This document shows positions 36,830-47,491 of a stretch of 64,000 nucleotides of DNA, piece by piece. Position 1 is the stretch's first letter. Each line of letters opens with the position of its first letter. Under the pieces are notes generated by a model. That model made no database searches. It was not told the DNA's origin and saw nothing but the letters and a program-made list of their open reading frames with translations. Position numbers and translations under genes: made by a program. This DNA is from a bacterium. GTDB taxonomy: Bacteria; Patescibacteriota; Doudnabacteria; UBA920. The DNA is taken from NCBI GenBank assembly GCA_021825655.1, contig JAKAGU010000005.1:12400-76399 (forward strand), read 5' to 3'.

Positions 36830-38329
36830 TTATTTTTTTCTGAAAAACCGGGGCAGGGTAAAGTTCATTTCCTTAACCCTCTGTATGAGGCCGCGGTTTT
36901 CCTGGTTTAGGTGGGCGCGGATTTTGCTTTTGGCATTGTTGGTCCTGGCGTATTCCAGCCATTTGGGGGAGACCTTGACCGGGTTTTTACTCTTGATGAT
37001 TTCTATAACGTCTTCTTTGTCCAGTTCGTCGTAGATGCTGGCCATTTTGCCGTTAATGCGCGCACCCATCATGTGCATGGCCAAATCCGAGTGGACGCTG
37101 AAAGCAAAATCAATTACCGTGGCGCCGGAGGGCAGGTCTTTAATGTCGCCTTTGGGCGTGTAGACGAAGATGCGATTTTTGAAAAAGTCGATTTTCAGGT
37201 TTTCCAAAAAATCTTCGGGGTTGGGCGTGTTTTCCTGCCAGGCGCGGAGTTCCTTGAGCCACGGCGCTTGCAGGCTGCGCGTAAAAGCGTGATTTTTGCC
37301 TTCTTCATTGTAAAACCAGTGGGCGGCTACGCCGCGTTCCGCCTCTTCGTGCATGAGGTCGGTGCGGATTTGGATCTCAAAAGTTTTGCCGCCTTTGCCG
37401 ATAACCGTGGTGTGGATGCTCTGGTAGCCGTTGGGCTTGGGGGTGGCGATATAGTCCTTAATCCGGCCGGGCACGGGCTGAAAATGTTTGTGGATGGCGC
37501 CTAAAGCCGCGTAACAGTCGCCTGTAGATTTGGTGATGACCCGCAGCGCAATAATATCGTGAATTTTGGAAATATCCCCGTCGTACTTCTTCAGCTTGTG
37601 GTAAAAGGAATACAGGCGCTTCACCCGGCCGGAGACCTCTATGAATTTAATCCCTTCAATTTTTAGGGTGTGGATCAGGGATTTTTGCATTTCTTTGATG
37701 CTTTCTTCGCGCTCAGCCATTTCCTGGTTAAGCAGTTTTTCGGTTTCCGCGTATTCTTTGGGGTGCACGATTTGGAAAGACAGGTTTTCCAGCTCGTCCT
37801 TCCAGGAGCCGATGCCCAGGCGCGCGGCAATGGGCGCGTACACCTCCAGGGTTTCGGAAGCCACTTTAAGCTGTTTGTCCTTGGGTATGTGGTGGATTGT
37901 CCGCATGTTGTGGATGCGGTCGGCGATTTTAATCAGAATGACGCGCACGTCCTCACTGGTGGCAAAAAACAGTTTGCGCAGGTTCTCCACGTAAAATTTG
38001 TCTTTGCTGTCGCGAAAGCGCACATGTCCCAGTTTGGTCACGCCGTCCACCAGCCGGGCGATGTCTTCCCCGAATTCCGCGCGGATTTTTTCCAAAGGCG
38101 TGCCTGTGTCCTCGTGGACATCGTGCAGCAGGGTGGCGGCCAGGGTGGCGGTGTCGGGGAAAATTTGGCCAAGGATAATAGCCGCGCCCCGCGGATGGAC
38201 AATGTAGTCTTCGCCGTTTTTCCTTTTTTGTCCGGCGTGGGCCTTGGTCGCAAAATCCAGCGCTTTATGCAAAAGCGCTGTTTCGCCGGGCTTGAAGTTG
38301 TGGGGGATGGCTTTGAGAAATTCCGTCAT
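36830..38329 (-). CDS. bifunctional (p)ppGpp synthetase/hydrolase, short RelA/SpoT homologue (HD + synthetase + TGS, no ACT)
   Basis: HD motif (HDVHEDTG), synthetase domain and TGS segment; 499 aa. Confidence 0.85.
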   Translation of the reverse strand: MTEFLKAIPHNFKPGETALLHKALDFATKAHAGQKRKNGEDYIVHPRGAAIILGQIFPDTATLAATLLHDVHEDTGTPLEKIRAEFGEDIARLVDGVTKLGHVRFRDSKDKFYVENLRKLFFATSEDVRVILIKIADRIHNMRTIHHIPKDKQLKVASETLEVYAPIAARLGIGSWKDELENLSFQIVHPKEYAETEKLLNQEMAEREESIKEMQKSLIHTLKIEGIKFIEVSGRVKRLYSFYHKLKKYDGDISKIHDIIALRVITKSTGDCYAALGAIHKHFQPVPGRIKDYIATPKPNGYQSIHTTVIGKGGKTFEIQIRTDLMHEEAERGVAAHWFYNEEGKNHAFTRSLQAPWLKELRAWQENTPNPEDFLENLKIDFFKNRIFVYTPKGDIKDLPSGATVIDFAFSVHSDLAMHMMGARINGKMASIYDELDKEDVIEIIKSKNPVKVSPKWLEYARTNNAKSKIRAHLNQENRGLIQRVKEMNFTLPRFFRKK

Positions 38330-38412
38330 ATCAGGCTAATTATACCATTATTTGTTGGCAGATAGAATATAAATTATACTCAATATATAACATATTTATT
38401 TCCTGTATCGTT

Positions 38413-39339
38413 ATGCCAGAATTACCCGAAGTGGAAACCGTCGCCCGTGAGCTGGGCCGCAAGCTTAAGGGCCGGAAGATTGTTTCCGTGGAAGTGCGCG
38501 CGCCGAAAATTATCAGCATCGGTCCGGCCACGCTGCCGCCCGTCCGCGCCGCCAGCCCCGCTGCGGTCGCGCGTTTTAAAAAAATTGCCGTGGGGCAAAA
38601 GTTTGTTTCCGTCCGCCGCCGCGCCAAATTGCTGATTTTCGATTTATCCGGCCCTTGGACCATGCTGGTGCATTTGAAAATGACCGGCCAGTTCATTTTT
38701 GAGGATGTGCGTTTAAGAAAAATGACCGGGGGAAAATACCGGCTGCTGAACAAAGCGGCGGCGCCCAAGCTGCAGCTGCCGGCCAGGCACACTCATGTGG
38801 TTTTTCGTTTTAGTGACAAGAGCGCCTTGTATTTTAATGACGTGAGGAAATTCGGGTATTTGAAACTGGTCCATGACAATGAACTGGGCCAGGTCCGGGA
38901 ATTTTCGGAATACGGTCCGGAGCCGCTGGATAAAAAGTTTACGCTGCAGGTGTTTGTCGACCGGGTAAGCGCGCGGCCGAAAGCCAAAATCAAACAAGTG
39001 TTAATGGACAACAAGGTGGTGGTGGGGATTGGCAATATTTACAGCGATGAAATACTTTTTCACGCCGGGGTCCGGCCAGCCAGAGAAGTTGCCAAATTAT
39101 CCGCCCAAGAGCTGGCAAAAATTTATAGGCACATCCGGCCCATACTACAGAAAGCCATCCAGGCCAAAGGTTCCAGCGTAGGGGATTTCGTGCGCACAGA
39201 CGGCAGCTGGGGGCGCATGGGCAAGTTCCATTATGTTTATGGCCGGAAAGGGCAAAAGTGTAAAAAGTGCGGCAGTATAATCCAGGCCATAAAGCTGGGC
39301 GGCCGGACCGGCTCGTTTTGCCCCCAATGCCAGGCGTAA
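38413..39339 (+). CDS. mutM: formamidopyrimidine-DNA glycosylase
   Basis: N-terminal PELPEVE catalytic Pro/Glu; C-terminal zinc finger CKKCG...CPQCQ. Confidence 0.85.
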   Translation: MPELPEVETVARELGRKLKGRKIVSVEVRAPKIISIGPATLPPVRAASPAAVARFKKIAVGQKFVSVRRRAKLLIFDLSGPWTMLVHLKMTGQFIFEDVRLRKMTGGKYRLLNKAAAPKLQLPARHTHVVFRFSDKSALYFNDVRKFGYLKLVHDNELGQVREFSEYGPEPLDKKFTLQVFVDRVSARPKAKIKQVLMDNKVVVGIGNIYSDEILFHAGVRPAREVAKLSAQELAKIYRHIRPILQKAIQAKGSSVGDFVRTDGSWGRMGKFHYVYGRKGQKCKKCGSIIQAIKLGGRTGSFCPQCQA

Positions 39340-39379
39340 AACCCGGCCGTGTTACAATTAAACAAGAAAGGAAAGACTT

Positions 39380-39592
39380 ATGGACAACCTAAATCCGCCG
39401 GCTCCCAAGAGCCAAGACCAAATTTTACAGGAGATTCTGGAAAATACGCACAAGACCAAAAGGTACATGCAATGGCAGCTGTATATTACCGTGGCCTTGG
39501 TGGTAATTCCGCTCATTGCCATGATTGCGATTTTGCCCATGGTGTTAAGCAGCCTGGGCAGCGTCTATGGCACGGGCGGACTGCTCCAGTAA
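39380..39592 (+). CDS. small membrane protein (70 aa)
   Basis: Single TM (YITVALVVIPLIAMIAILPMVL); tightly packed between fpg and the Nudix gene. Confidence 0.4.
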   Translation: MDNLNPPAPKSQDQILQEILENTHKTKRYMQWQLYITVALVVIPLIAMIAILPMVLSSLGSVYGTGGLLQ

Positions 39593-39595
39593 ATT

Positions 39596-40063
39596 ATGCC
39601 GCATATCAACGAAAAACTAGATTTTACCGCCACGGTTTTCATTGTCCATGACAATAAGGTTTTGCTGCGCATGCACGACAAATACAATGTCTGGCTGGGC
39701 GTGGGCGGGCACATTGAGCCTGGTGAGGACCCAATTGAGGCGCTTTATCGGGAAGTGAAAGAGGAGTGCGGATTGGAATTTGAGCTGGCCGGGAGGCGCC
39801 CGCAGAATTTTTCCGCAGAGTCGGAGGATTTGCCCGTACCCGCTTTTATCAATCGGCACCATACCGGACCCGGCCACGAACATGTTGACATGCTGTATGT
39901 GGCCAGGGCTAAAACCCTTACCATCCAGCCCGGCCCGGAGGAAAAGCAGGTTGAGTTCAGGTGGTTTGCCCGGGAGGAGCTGGAAAATTCGGAGTTAACC
40001 ATAAACGATCACACCCGCTATTATGCGGCGGAAGCGATTAAGCTCGCTTTGGTTAAAGATTAA
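39596..40063 (+). CDS. NUDIX hydrolase
   Basis: Nudix box GGHIEPGEDPIEALYREVKEECGL. Confidence 0.8.
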   Translation: MPHINEKLDFTATVFIVHDNKVLLRMHDKYNVWLGVGGHIEPGEDPIEALYREVKEECGLEFELAGRRPQNFSAESEDLPVPAFINRHHTGPGHEHVDMLYVARAKTLTIQPGPEEKQVEFRWFAREELENSELTINDHTRYYAAEAIKLALVKD

Positions 40064-40075
40064 ATAACAAAATTT

Positions 40076-40420
40076 ATGACTGACGAAAAATGGGAACAGC
40101 TGGTGCAGGCCGCAAAAAACCATTTTGAGGATGTGTCCATAAAGTCGGAAGCGCTGCTTAGGGATACGCCCGAGGGACAGCAAACGGAAGGCACCCAGGA
40201 TGTGTTGGAATTCGAAAAGCAGGGCGGGCGTTTCCGGCTGGTGCGCGAAAACCGGCCCGCGGTATTGGAAAAAAAACAGTACTTTTCCCACCGCATGGGC
40301 GATACCGCCCGCACGGAATATAAATTGTCGGACACGGAATTTTCCCACAAGCTGAAAGTCTACAAAGAGGTGGGGTACGATGACTGGGAAGAAGTGACTT
40401 TGGATAAGTTAGGCTTGTAA
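40076..40420 (+). CDS. hypothetical protein (114 aa)
   Basis: ORF only. Confidence 0.45.
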   Translation: MTDEKWEQLVQAAKNHFEDVSIKSEALLRDTPEGQQTEGTQDVLEFEKQGGRFRLVRENRPAVLEKKQYFSHRMGDTARTEYKLSDTEFSHKLKVYKEVGYDDWEEVTLDKLGL

Positions 40421-40427
40421 AAGCAAA

Positions 40428-41345
40428 ATGCTTTCAGACCGGATTTTGGAAACTTTGCGGTTTTTTGACCTGCAGGATTACCCCCTGACGCTTTTGGAAA
40501 TTTGCACCTATTTGTTGCCGGAGAAAGAAAACCTGGCCGGATTATTAGATGCGCAGCACGAATTCCGCGGTGCGGCGCCTGTTGCTGGGGCCGCGTCGGT
40601 GCCGGCGCTGGCTATTGCGGAGTGTTTGAGCGGCGAACTGGCCGAGAGAACGGAGTGTCACCGCGGGTTTTATTGTTTAAAGGGACGCGGAGGGATTATC
40701 CGGCAGCGCTTGCTTAATTATTTGCACGGCATGTTTCGGGAAAAGCGCGTTGCCCGGTTTGCCCGCGGCCTGAAATGGATACCCTTTGTCCGGGGCGTGG
40801 GCCTGGCCGGTAGCCAGGTTTTGGGCCAGCAGAAAGACACTTCCGATATTGATTTGTTTATTATCACTGATGAAAACCGCATGTGGCTGGCCCGTACCTT
40901 GGTTACTGCCTATTTCCAGATATTGGGGCTCAGGCGCCACGGGACAAAGGTAAAAAACCGTTTTTGCCTTAACCACTATGTCGCGGGGGATAAGGAGCTC
41001 ACCAAACTGCGCAATTTGTACACGGCGCTGGAATACGCCAAGCTGCGCCCCTTGGCGGGCGCCCGGGCCGTGGCCGCATTCCAGAAAAAAAATCAGGCCT
41101 GGATTTCAGGTTTTTACCCCAATTGGCAGGCGCCAACGGCCCAGGCGCCTGCTGCTTCGCCAGTCCAGGTGTTTTTGGAAAAACTTTTTCAGGGCAAATT
41201 CGGCGCGTGGCTGGAAGCCCGGCTCAAAGCCTGGCAGCTGCCGAAAATCCGCACGGAAAAATACATCCTCGTGGCTGACGACGAGCTGTCGTTTCATCCT
41301 GACAGCAAGCAGGAGTTTTTACTTAAGCGGTTTTTCGAAAATTAG
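40428..41345 (+). CDS. nucleotidyltransferase-fold protein (Pol-beta superfamily)
   Basis: GS...DIDLFIITD motif (hG[GS]x9-13DhD). Confidence 0.5.
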   Translation: MLSDRILETLRFFDLQDYPLTLLEICTYLLPEKENLAGLLDAQHEFRGAAPVAGAASVPALAIAECLSGELAERTECHRGFYCLKGRGGIIRQRLLNYLHGMFREKRVARFARGLKWIPFVRGVGLAGSQVLGQQKDTSDIDLFIITDENRMWLARTLVTAYFQILGLRRHGTKVKNRFCLNHYVAGDKELTKLRNLYTALEYAKLRPLAGARAVAAFQKKNQAWISGFYPNWQAPTAQAPAASPVQVFLEKLFQGKFGAWLEARLKAWQLPKIRTEKYILVADDELSFHPDSKQEFLLKRFFEN

Positions 41346-42065
41346 GGCCAAAAGCAAGGGGTAGCGGAAAAGCTGGTAGGCAAGGTCAAAGTCCGGGCTG
41401 TCGGTCCCGGATTTTATTTCGATCAGGCTTTTTTGCTCCAGACCTGCGCCGTTTGCGGCCCGGGCGTAGTCCGCGAGCGTGTAATAGAAAGAGGGGATTT
41501 TAATCCGGCCAAACTCGCGCTGGATTTTTTGTCCCGAAGGCCAGACCTGGGGGCTAATCTTCAGCTTTGGCTTTTGCCGCAAAAGCCAGCCTAATACACC
41601 CCGCTTCCAGACGGCTTTTGGGAAAGTCAGGTCCGGATTGGGTACGGTAATAATCAGCCGGCCTAAAGGTTTAAGCGTTCGGGCCACGTTTTGGAAAGCC
41701 GAGTTTAGATTTTCAATATCCGGAGCGGCCATGTTCAAAACAACGCAATCAAAGCTGTCCGTTGCAAACGGCAGGGGCTGCATAACATCCGCAATTTCCA
41801 GGCGCGCATTTGGCGCGATTTTTTTGGCCAGAGCCAGCAGGGCGGGGGAGGCGTCAAAGCCGGCCAGTTTTTGGTAATCCGGACGCAGCAGGGCCAAAAG
41901 CCAGCCCGAACCGCACGCCGCGTCTAAAACCGCAGCCTGGGGGTTTGGGGGCAGGAGGGGCCTTAGGGTTTGATACAGGAATTTTTGCTGCAGCCGGCCG
42001 TTGTGCGAGGCCAGAAAACGGAGGTAGTTGCGGACAAATTTTTCCTCTTGATATCCCGGGTTCAT
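41319..42065 (-). CDS. class I SAM-dependent methyltransferase
   Basis: Motif I VLDAACGSGWLL; post-I acidic residue (GFDAS). Confidence 0.75.
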   Translation of the reverse strand: MNPGYQEEKFVRNYLRFLASHNGRLQQKFLYQTLRPLLPPNPQAAVLDAACGSGWLLALLRPDYQKLAGFDASPALLALAKKIAPNARLEIADVMQPLPFATDSFDCVVLNMAAPDIENLNSAFQNVARTLKPLGRLIITVPNPDLTFPKAVWKRGVLGWLLRQKPKLKISPQVWPSGQKIQREFGRIKIPSFYYTLADYARAANGAGLEQKSLIEIKSGTDSPDFDLAYQLFRYPLLLALIFEKPLK

Positions 42066-42101
42066 GGTGGTATTATACCACCCAGGCGTAAAAACCGGGT
42101 A

Positions 42102-42128
42102 TTATCACTCAGCTTGACAGAGTGATAA
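42102..42128. promoter_or_regulatory. CIRCE-like HrcA operator TTATCACTC-N9-GAGTGATAA, overlapping a TTGACA-16-TATAAT promoter
   Basis: Perfect 9-bp inverted repeat with a 9-nt spacer (one G-to-T change from the TTAGCACTC consensus). TTGACA at 42114-42119, TATAAT at 42136-42141, groES ATG at 42200. Confidence 0.7.
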
Positions 42129-42199
42129 AATCGGTTATAATTAAACGGTAGTAATTAATTTTGCCTCCAAAAAGCAGGGGCAAGCGAAAGAGAAACCAT

Positions 42200-42505
42200 A
42201 TGAAAATCAAACCTCTCGGCGACCGGATTTTGGTGAAGCAGTTGTCCAGCGAAGAAGTGACCAAAAGCGGCATTGTGCTGCCCGAAACCGCAGACAAGGA
42301 AAAAAAGGCCCAGGGCACGATTGTAGCCTTAGGCAATGGCGAAGAGCTAAAAACTTTGGGGCTCAAAGTGGGTGACGTGGTGGTTTTTGGCAAGTACGCG
42401 GGCGATGAAGTGGAGATGGAAGAAGACGGCAAAAAACATGAATACAAAGTTTTATATGTCGGCAAGGTTAAAGACGAGTCCGATATTTTGGCAATTGTTG
42501 AATAA
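42200..42505 (+). CDS. groES: co-chaperonin GroES
   Basis: MKIKPLGDRILVK...; start taken at the internal Met consistent with the promoter/CIRCE position. Confidence 0.9.
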   Translation: MKIKPLGDRILVKQLSSEEVTKSGIVLPETADKEKKAQGTIVALGNGEELKTLGLKVGDVVVFGKYAGDEVEMEEDGKKHEYKVLYVGKVKDESDILAIVE

Positions 42506-42520
42506 GTAACCAAATAATAA

Positions 42521-44197
<1,677 letters not shown>

Positions 44198-44292
44198 AAA
44201 GTCTGAAATAGGAAATTTTAGACCCCTGCAAAAGCAGGGGTCTTATTTTTTGGCTTATTTAAGACCAAAGTCTTCAAATATAAGCAAAAGCC

Positions 44293-44321
44293 TTGACAAA
44301 CTGTCAATTTTAGTGTACAAT
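44293..44321 (+). promoter_or_regulatory. promoter TTGACA-17-TACAAT with ~520 nt before the first convincing ORF
   Basis: Read directly; it precedes a structured non-coding stretch and then five small ORFs. Confidence 0.5.
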
Positions 44322-44849
44322 TGCCAGTTACGATCTAAAAGTCGTACTTAACAATTTCATATAGATATCTGTCTGTTTTTAACAGGAGAGCACACGGATA
44401 TCGCCCTCACGCCAATCTTCACCAGGCATGATTTAGAGACGAGCGAATTTTTACATAGAGTCATCTGCTATACAGACTTGTTGAGGATTGGTGTGGGGGA
44501 CTTACATGCTCCTGATTTCGCTAATACCGGATTGGGGGCGCGATAAAGCCGTGGCACAAGAACGATTTTACTTTGGTTCTCCTGTCCACGGTTTTTTGTT
44601 TTTTCAAACCGGGGGAATATCGTGTTTTATTCCAAGTTTGGTTATAATTCCTTTTGGCAGCGTGGGCCTTTGGAGGGCAAATAATATTTGGCATCTGCTA
44701 CGATGCTTAGGCCTGTTTCTCAAAGACCCACATTGGCGGAAGGAATTTTTTTGTCCGGAACGCTGTTGCGCTTTTTAAGAGCCCAGCAGCCTTCCGGGCA
44801 GACTGCCGCACTTGTGCGGCAAATCCATTCTGTCTTTGAAGGAGGGGGT

Positions 44850-45170
44850 ATGAGAAAGTCCAAAACGATGTTGGTGTGCCAGTTGGCTTTCGCGCTCCTG
44901 ATTTTAGGGACTGCCGGCAAGATGCTCTGGCAGTTCAAACAGTACACAGTCGTGATGATGGTCGGCGGGCCGGAGAAGTTTAACCGGCTTCAGGCCGATG
45001 CCAATCGCCATGCACAGCAGTTCATCATTGAGCACGGCGGCAGCGCCTTGCTCGAATGGAATGGGCTCGGTAACAACGAACCCACCGTGTACGTGCTTTT
45101 GCACTTGCACGAAGGTTACACCGTCCATCCGGACGGCCGGGTGGAAAAGAACGGAGAGGAGAAACCCTAG
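44850..45170 (+). CDS. small membrane/secreted protein (106 aa)
   Basis: GGAGGGGG SD; N-terminal hydrophobic segment MLVCQLAFALLILGTAG; GC-rich. Confidence 0.45.
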   Translation: MRKSKTMLVCQLAFALLILGTAGKMLWQFKQYTVVMMVGGPEKFNRLQADANRHAQQFIIEHGGSALLEWNGLGNNEPTVYVLLHLHEGYTVHPDGRVEKNGEEKP

Positions 45171-45344
45171 ATGGAGGAAATCGTGAGTGACCTGTTCAAG
45201 GAGTTGGCAGCGTGCTGCCAGTTCAAGTGGCGGGGAATGAACCCCGAGTACAAGTTGGTCTGGAAGATCGTCGGCGCGGCATTCGCGCTGCTGGTCTTTG
45301 CGGCCGCTGTTTCGGGCCTGGCCCTGCTCGTGGGGCCGAGGTAG
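45171..45344 (+). CDS. small membrane protein (57 aa)
   Basis: ATG immediately after the previous stop (TAGATG); C-terminal TM IVGAAFALLVFAAAVSGLALLV. Confidence 0.35.
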   Translation: MEEIVSDLFKELAACCQFKWRGMNPEYKLVWKIVGAAFALLVFAAAVSGLALLVGPR

Positions 45345-45453
45345 CCAACAACATGGACAAACAGAGGGGGCGGGGTAGCTAACCAGCTTATTTCCGCCCA
45401 TCTCCAAACTTGCCAAGTATTCTTGGGAATAGTTGCCAGGTTTGGGGAGAAAT

Positions 45454-45717
45454 ATGTTTAACAAAATGATGATGGCGACTCTCGTCGTCTTGGTGCTTGG
45501 CGGTTTTGCCGTCGAAATCTGCTGGGCCAAGAATTTGGTCAAACAGACACTGAGAGACGAAGAGCTGATGCAGGCGTTCCGAGCGTTCGGGCGCTTTCTG
45601 ATGACCCCATTCCGGTCCCTGGGTACGGCCCTGGACCAACAGTTCAACACGCTAGTCGACACGGCGCAAACCGTGCTCTGGCCGAAAAAACGAGAGGAGG
45701 GGAAAGAAAAGTGGTAA
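45454..45717 (+). CDS. small membrane/secreted protein (87 aa)
   Basis: GGGGAGA SD; TM MMMATLVVLVLGGFAV. Confidence 0.4.
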   Translation: MFNKMMMATLVVLVLGGFAVEICWAKNLVKQTLRDEELMQAFRAFGRFLMTPFRSLGTALDQQFNTLVDTAQTVLWPKKREEGKEKW

Positions 45718-45857
45718 AGGAAAAGCTCCTTTGGCCATTTATGATGGCGGCAGGGTTTGTTCTCCTTGCCATCATCCTTGCGTCGCTTTGGCGCAAGAAT
45801 CTGGAAGACCGGCTCAATGACCCAACCCGCCCGCCTGGGCAGTGGTTGTACCGCTGA
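45711..45857 (+). CDS. small membrane protein (48 aa, GTG start overlapping the previous stop)
   Basis: GAGGAGG SD 10 nt upstream; TM FMMAAGFVLLAIILASLW. Confidence 0.3.
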   Translation: MVKEKLLWPFMMAAGFVLLAIILASLWRKNLEDRLNDPTRPPGQWLYR

Positions 45858-45867
45858 GGGAGCAGGC

Positions 45868-46014
45868 ATGGATAAGCTGCTCATTGCAAACGCCGTATTT
45901 TTCTCGGCGCTCGGCCTGTTTTTCCTTCATGACTTGCTGTTCGGCAAACCCATCGACCGGTCTGACCGGTCCGACAAGTCCAACCGACAGCATCGGCGCG
46001 GGCGCGGTGGATAG
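45868..46014 (+). CDS. small membrane protein (48 aa)
   Basis: GAGGGAG SD; TM AVFFSALGLFFL. Confidence 0.35.
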   Translation: MDKLLIANAVFFSALGLFFLHDLLFGKPIDRSDRSDKSNRQHRRGRGG

Positions 46015-46246
46015 ACAACAGTCTTTCCAAAGCGCCCCCAACCCCCTTTAAGCCTGTTTCTTATCCGTTGGCGATTCGCTAACTTTCGCAAATATCCCAA
46101 AAGGATAAATGCCAAGGCCAGCGTCCTGTTATCGCCAGCGGGTAAGAGCCAGTCTTACCGCTTTACAAGTTTTTTAATCGGGCATAATATGCAGTCAAGT
46201 TTGGTACCCACCAAACTATTCCATGTCCTAGGAGGACAATTAACAC

Positions 46247-46486
46247 ATGAAGAACCAGGAGCTTTGGGCTCAGGGTATACAAGACGGGTTCAACAACCTC
46301 GTGGATCACGAGAACCAGAACCCGCTGTATTGGCGGGGAGTAACAGAAGGTGATCGTCGCTATCACCAGTGGCTGGCGGAAGGACGCTTCACCGAGCAGG
46401 AGACGTTCGTCGACGCACTCCAGCACGTCCAGGAGGACTACCACAATCCGGTCGGGATGCCGCTGCTGAGCGCGTTCGCAATTTAA
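46247..46486 (+). CDS. small hypothetical protein (79 aa)
   Basis: AGGAGG SD; soluble, Trp/His-rich. Confidence 0.45.
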   Translation: MKNQELWAQGIQDGFNNLVDHENQNPLYWRGVTEGDRRYHQWLAEGRFTEQETFVDALQHVQEDYHNPVGMPLLSAFAI

Positions 46487-46670
46487 ACCGCCCGCAGAGG
46501 CGGCGAACACACCAGACGGTATTATAAAATCCTCCCCCATTGCCCAAAGCCGAGAAGCTGTAAGCCTACAAAGGCAGGAGCGCCCGCTTCCTGCCTTTTC
46601 TTTTGACAAAATTTGTCATTTTTAGTATACTTTAGCTACTTTTATTATCTTTAAAAGGAAATTTACTTTC

Positions 46671-46841
46671 ATGGGCGTTCCCAAAAAGCACAAGACCCGT
46701 AGCGGCCGCAACCAGAGGCGCAGCCATTTGTCCCTTAAGCCGAAGAGCTTTGCCACCTGCAAAAACTGCGGCGAACCGGTTATGCCTCACTATCCGTGCA
46801 AAAACTGCGGCTATTACAAAGGCAGAAAAGTAACCAAGTAA
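46671..46841 (+). CDS. rpmF: 50S ribosomal protein L32
   Basis: MGVPKKHKTRSGRNQRRSH...CKNCG...CKNCGYYKG zinc-ribbon L32; below the ORF-track length cutoff. Confidence 0.85.
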   Translation: MGVPKKHKTRSGRNQRRSHLSLKPKSFATCKNCGEPVMPHYPCKNCGYYKGRKVTK

Positions 46842-46879
46842 GCTTGGTTATTTTTTTATCGTTAAGCTGAACAAATTTT

Positions 46880-47320
46880 ATGGCATCAAGGCATCTTGCC
46901 CGCACCGTGGCCATGCAATCCCTGTTTGAGTGGGATTTTAACGGTCGCAAGGAAGAACTTAAAAAAATTATTGCCACCAACCTGGGCGAGTTCGCTTCGG
47001 ATATTAAGGAGCCGGAGTTCGTGTACGGTTTGGCCGAAGGCGTGGCGGAAAATCTGCCCGCCATTGACCTGGTGATTGCCAAAACCGCACCCGACTGGCC
47101 GGTAGACCAGATACCCGACGTGGACCGCAGCGTTTTGCGTCTAGGGATTTACGAACTGCAGTTTCAAAAACAGGCTCCGCCCAAAGTGGTTATCAACGAA
47201 GCGGTGGAGCTGGCCAAAACCTTCGGGGGCGAGCAGAGCGGCAAGTTTGTGAACGGCGTGCTTGGCACGCTTTACAAGCAGATGCAGGCCGCCGGCGAAA
47301 TTACCGAAGAAAAAAAATAA
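46880..47320 (+). CDS. nusB: transcription antitermination factor NusB
   Basis: [18 protein letters not shown]-terminal helix typical of NusB; terminator AACACTCCTTAAGAGGAGTGTT plus T-run follows. Confidence 0.8.
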   Translation: MASRHLARTVAMQSLFEWDFNGRKEELKKIIATNLGEFASDIKEPEFVYGLAEGVAENLPAIDLVIAKTAPDWPVDQIPDVDRSVLRLGIYELQFQKQAPPKVVINEAVELAKTFGGEQSGKFVNGVLGTLYKQMQAAGEITEEKK

Positions 47321-47361
47321 TTTTTTAACACTCCTTAAGAGGAGTGTTTTTTTAAAATTTT

Positions 47362-47385
47362 GGTTCGAACATCGTTCCATAGGGA
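47362..47385 (+). repeat. left copy of a 24-bp direct repeat GGTTCGAACATCGTTCCATAGGGA
   Basis: 22 of 24 positions identical to the 48840-48863 copy; together they bracket the AT-rich gene. Confidence 0.8.
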
Positions 47386-47491
47386 CTGCTATGACTTTTA
47401 AACCATCCGAAAAGGTGTTTTTTTTATTAATTGACTTTAAATAAAGGGGGTTTTAAACTTAAAGTGGTGTTCATATTTAAAAATAATAAAA

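Noticed and set aside
42161-42199. 13-codon N-terminal extension of groES
   Set aside because: It would place the start inside the promoter/CIRCE region; the canonical GroES N-terminus MKIKPLGDR begins at 42200.
44488-44778. 96-aa Trp-rich ORF in the leader ahead of the small-protein operon
   Set aside because: No SD, odd composition, and it overlaps predicted leader hairpins; kept as part of the non-coding leader, though not excluded.
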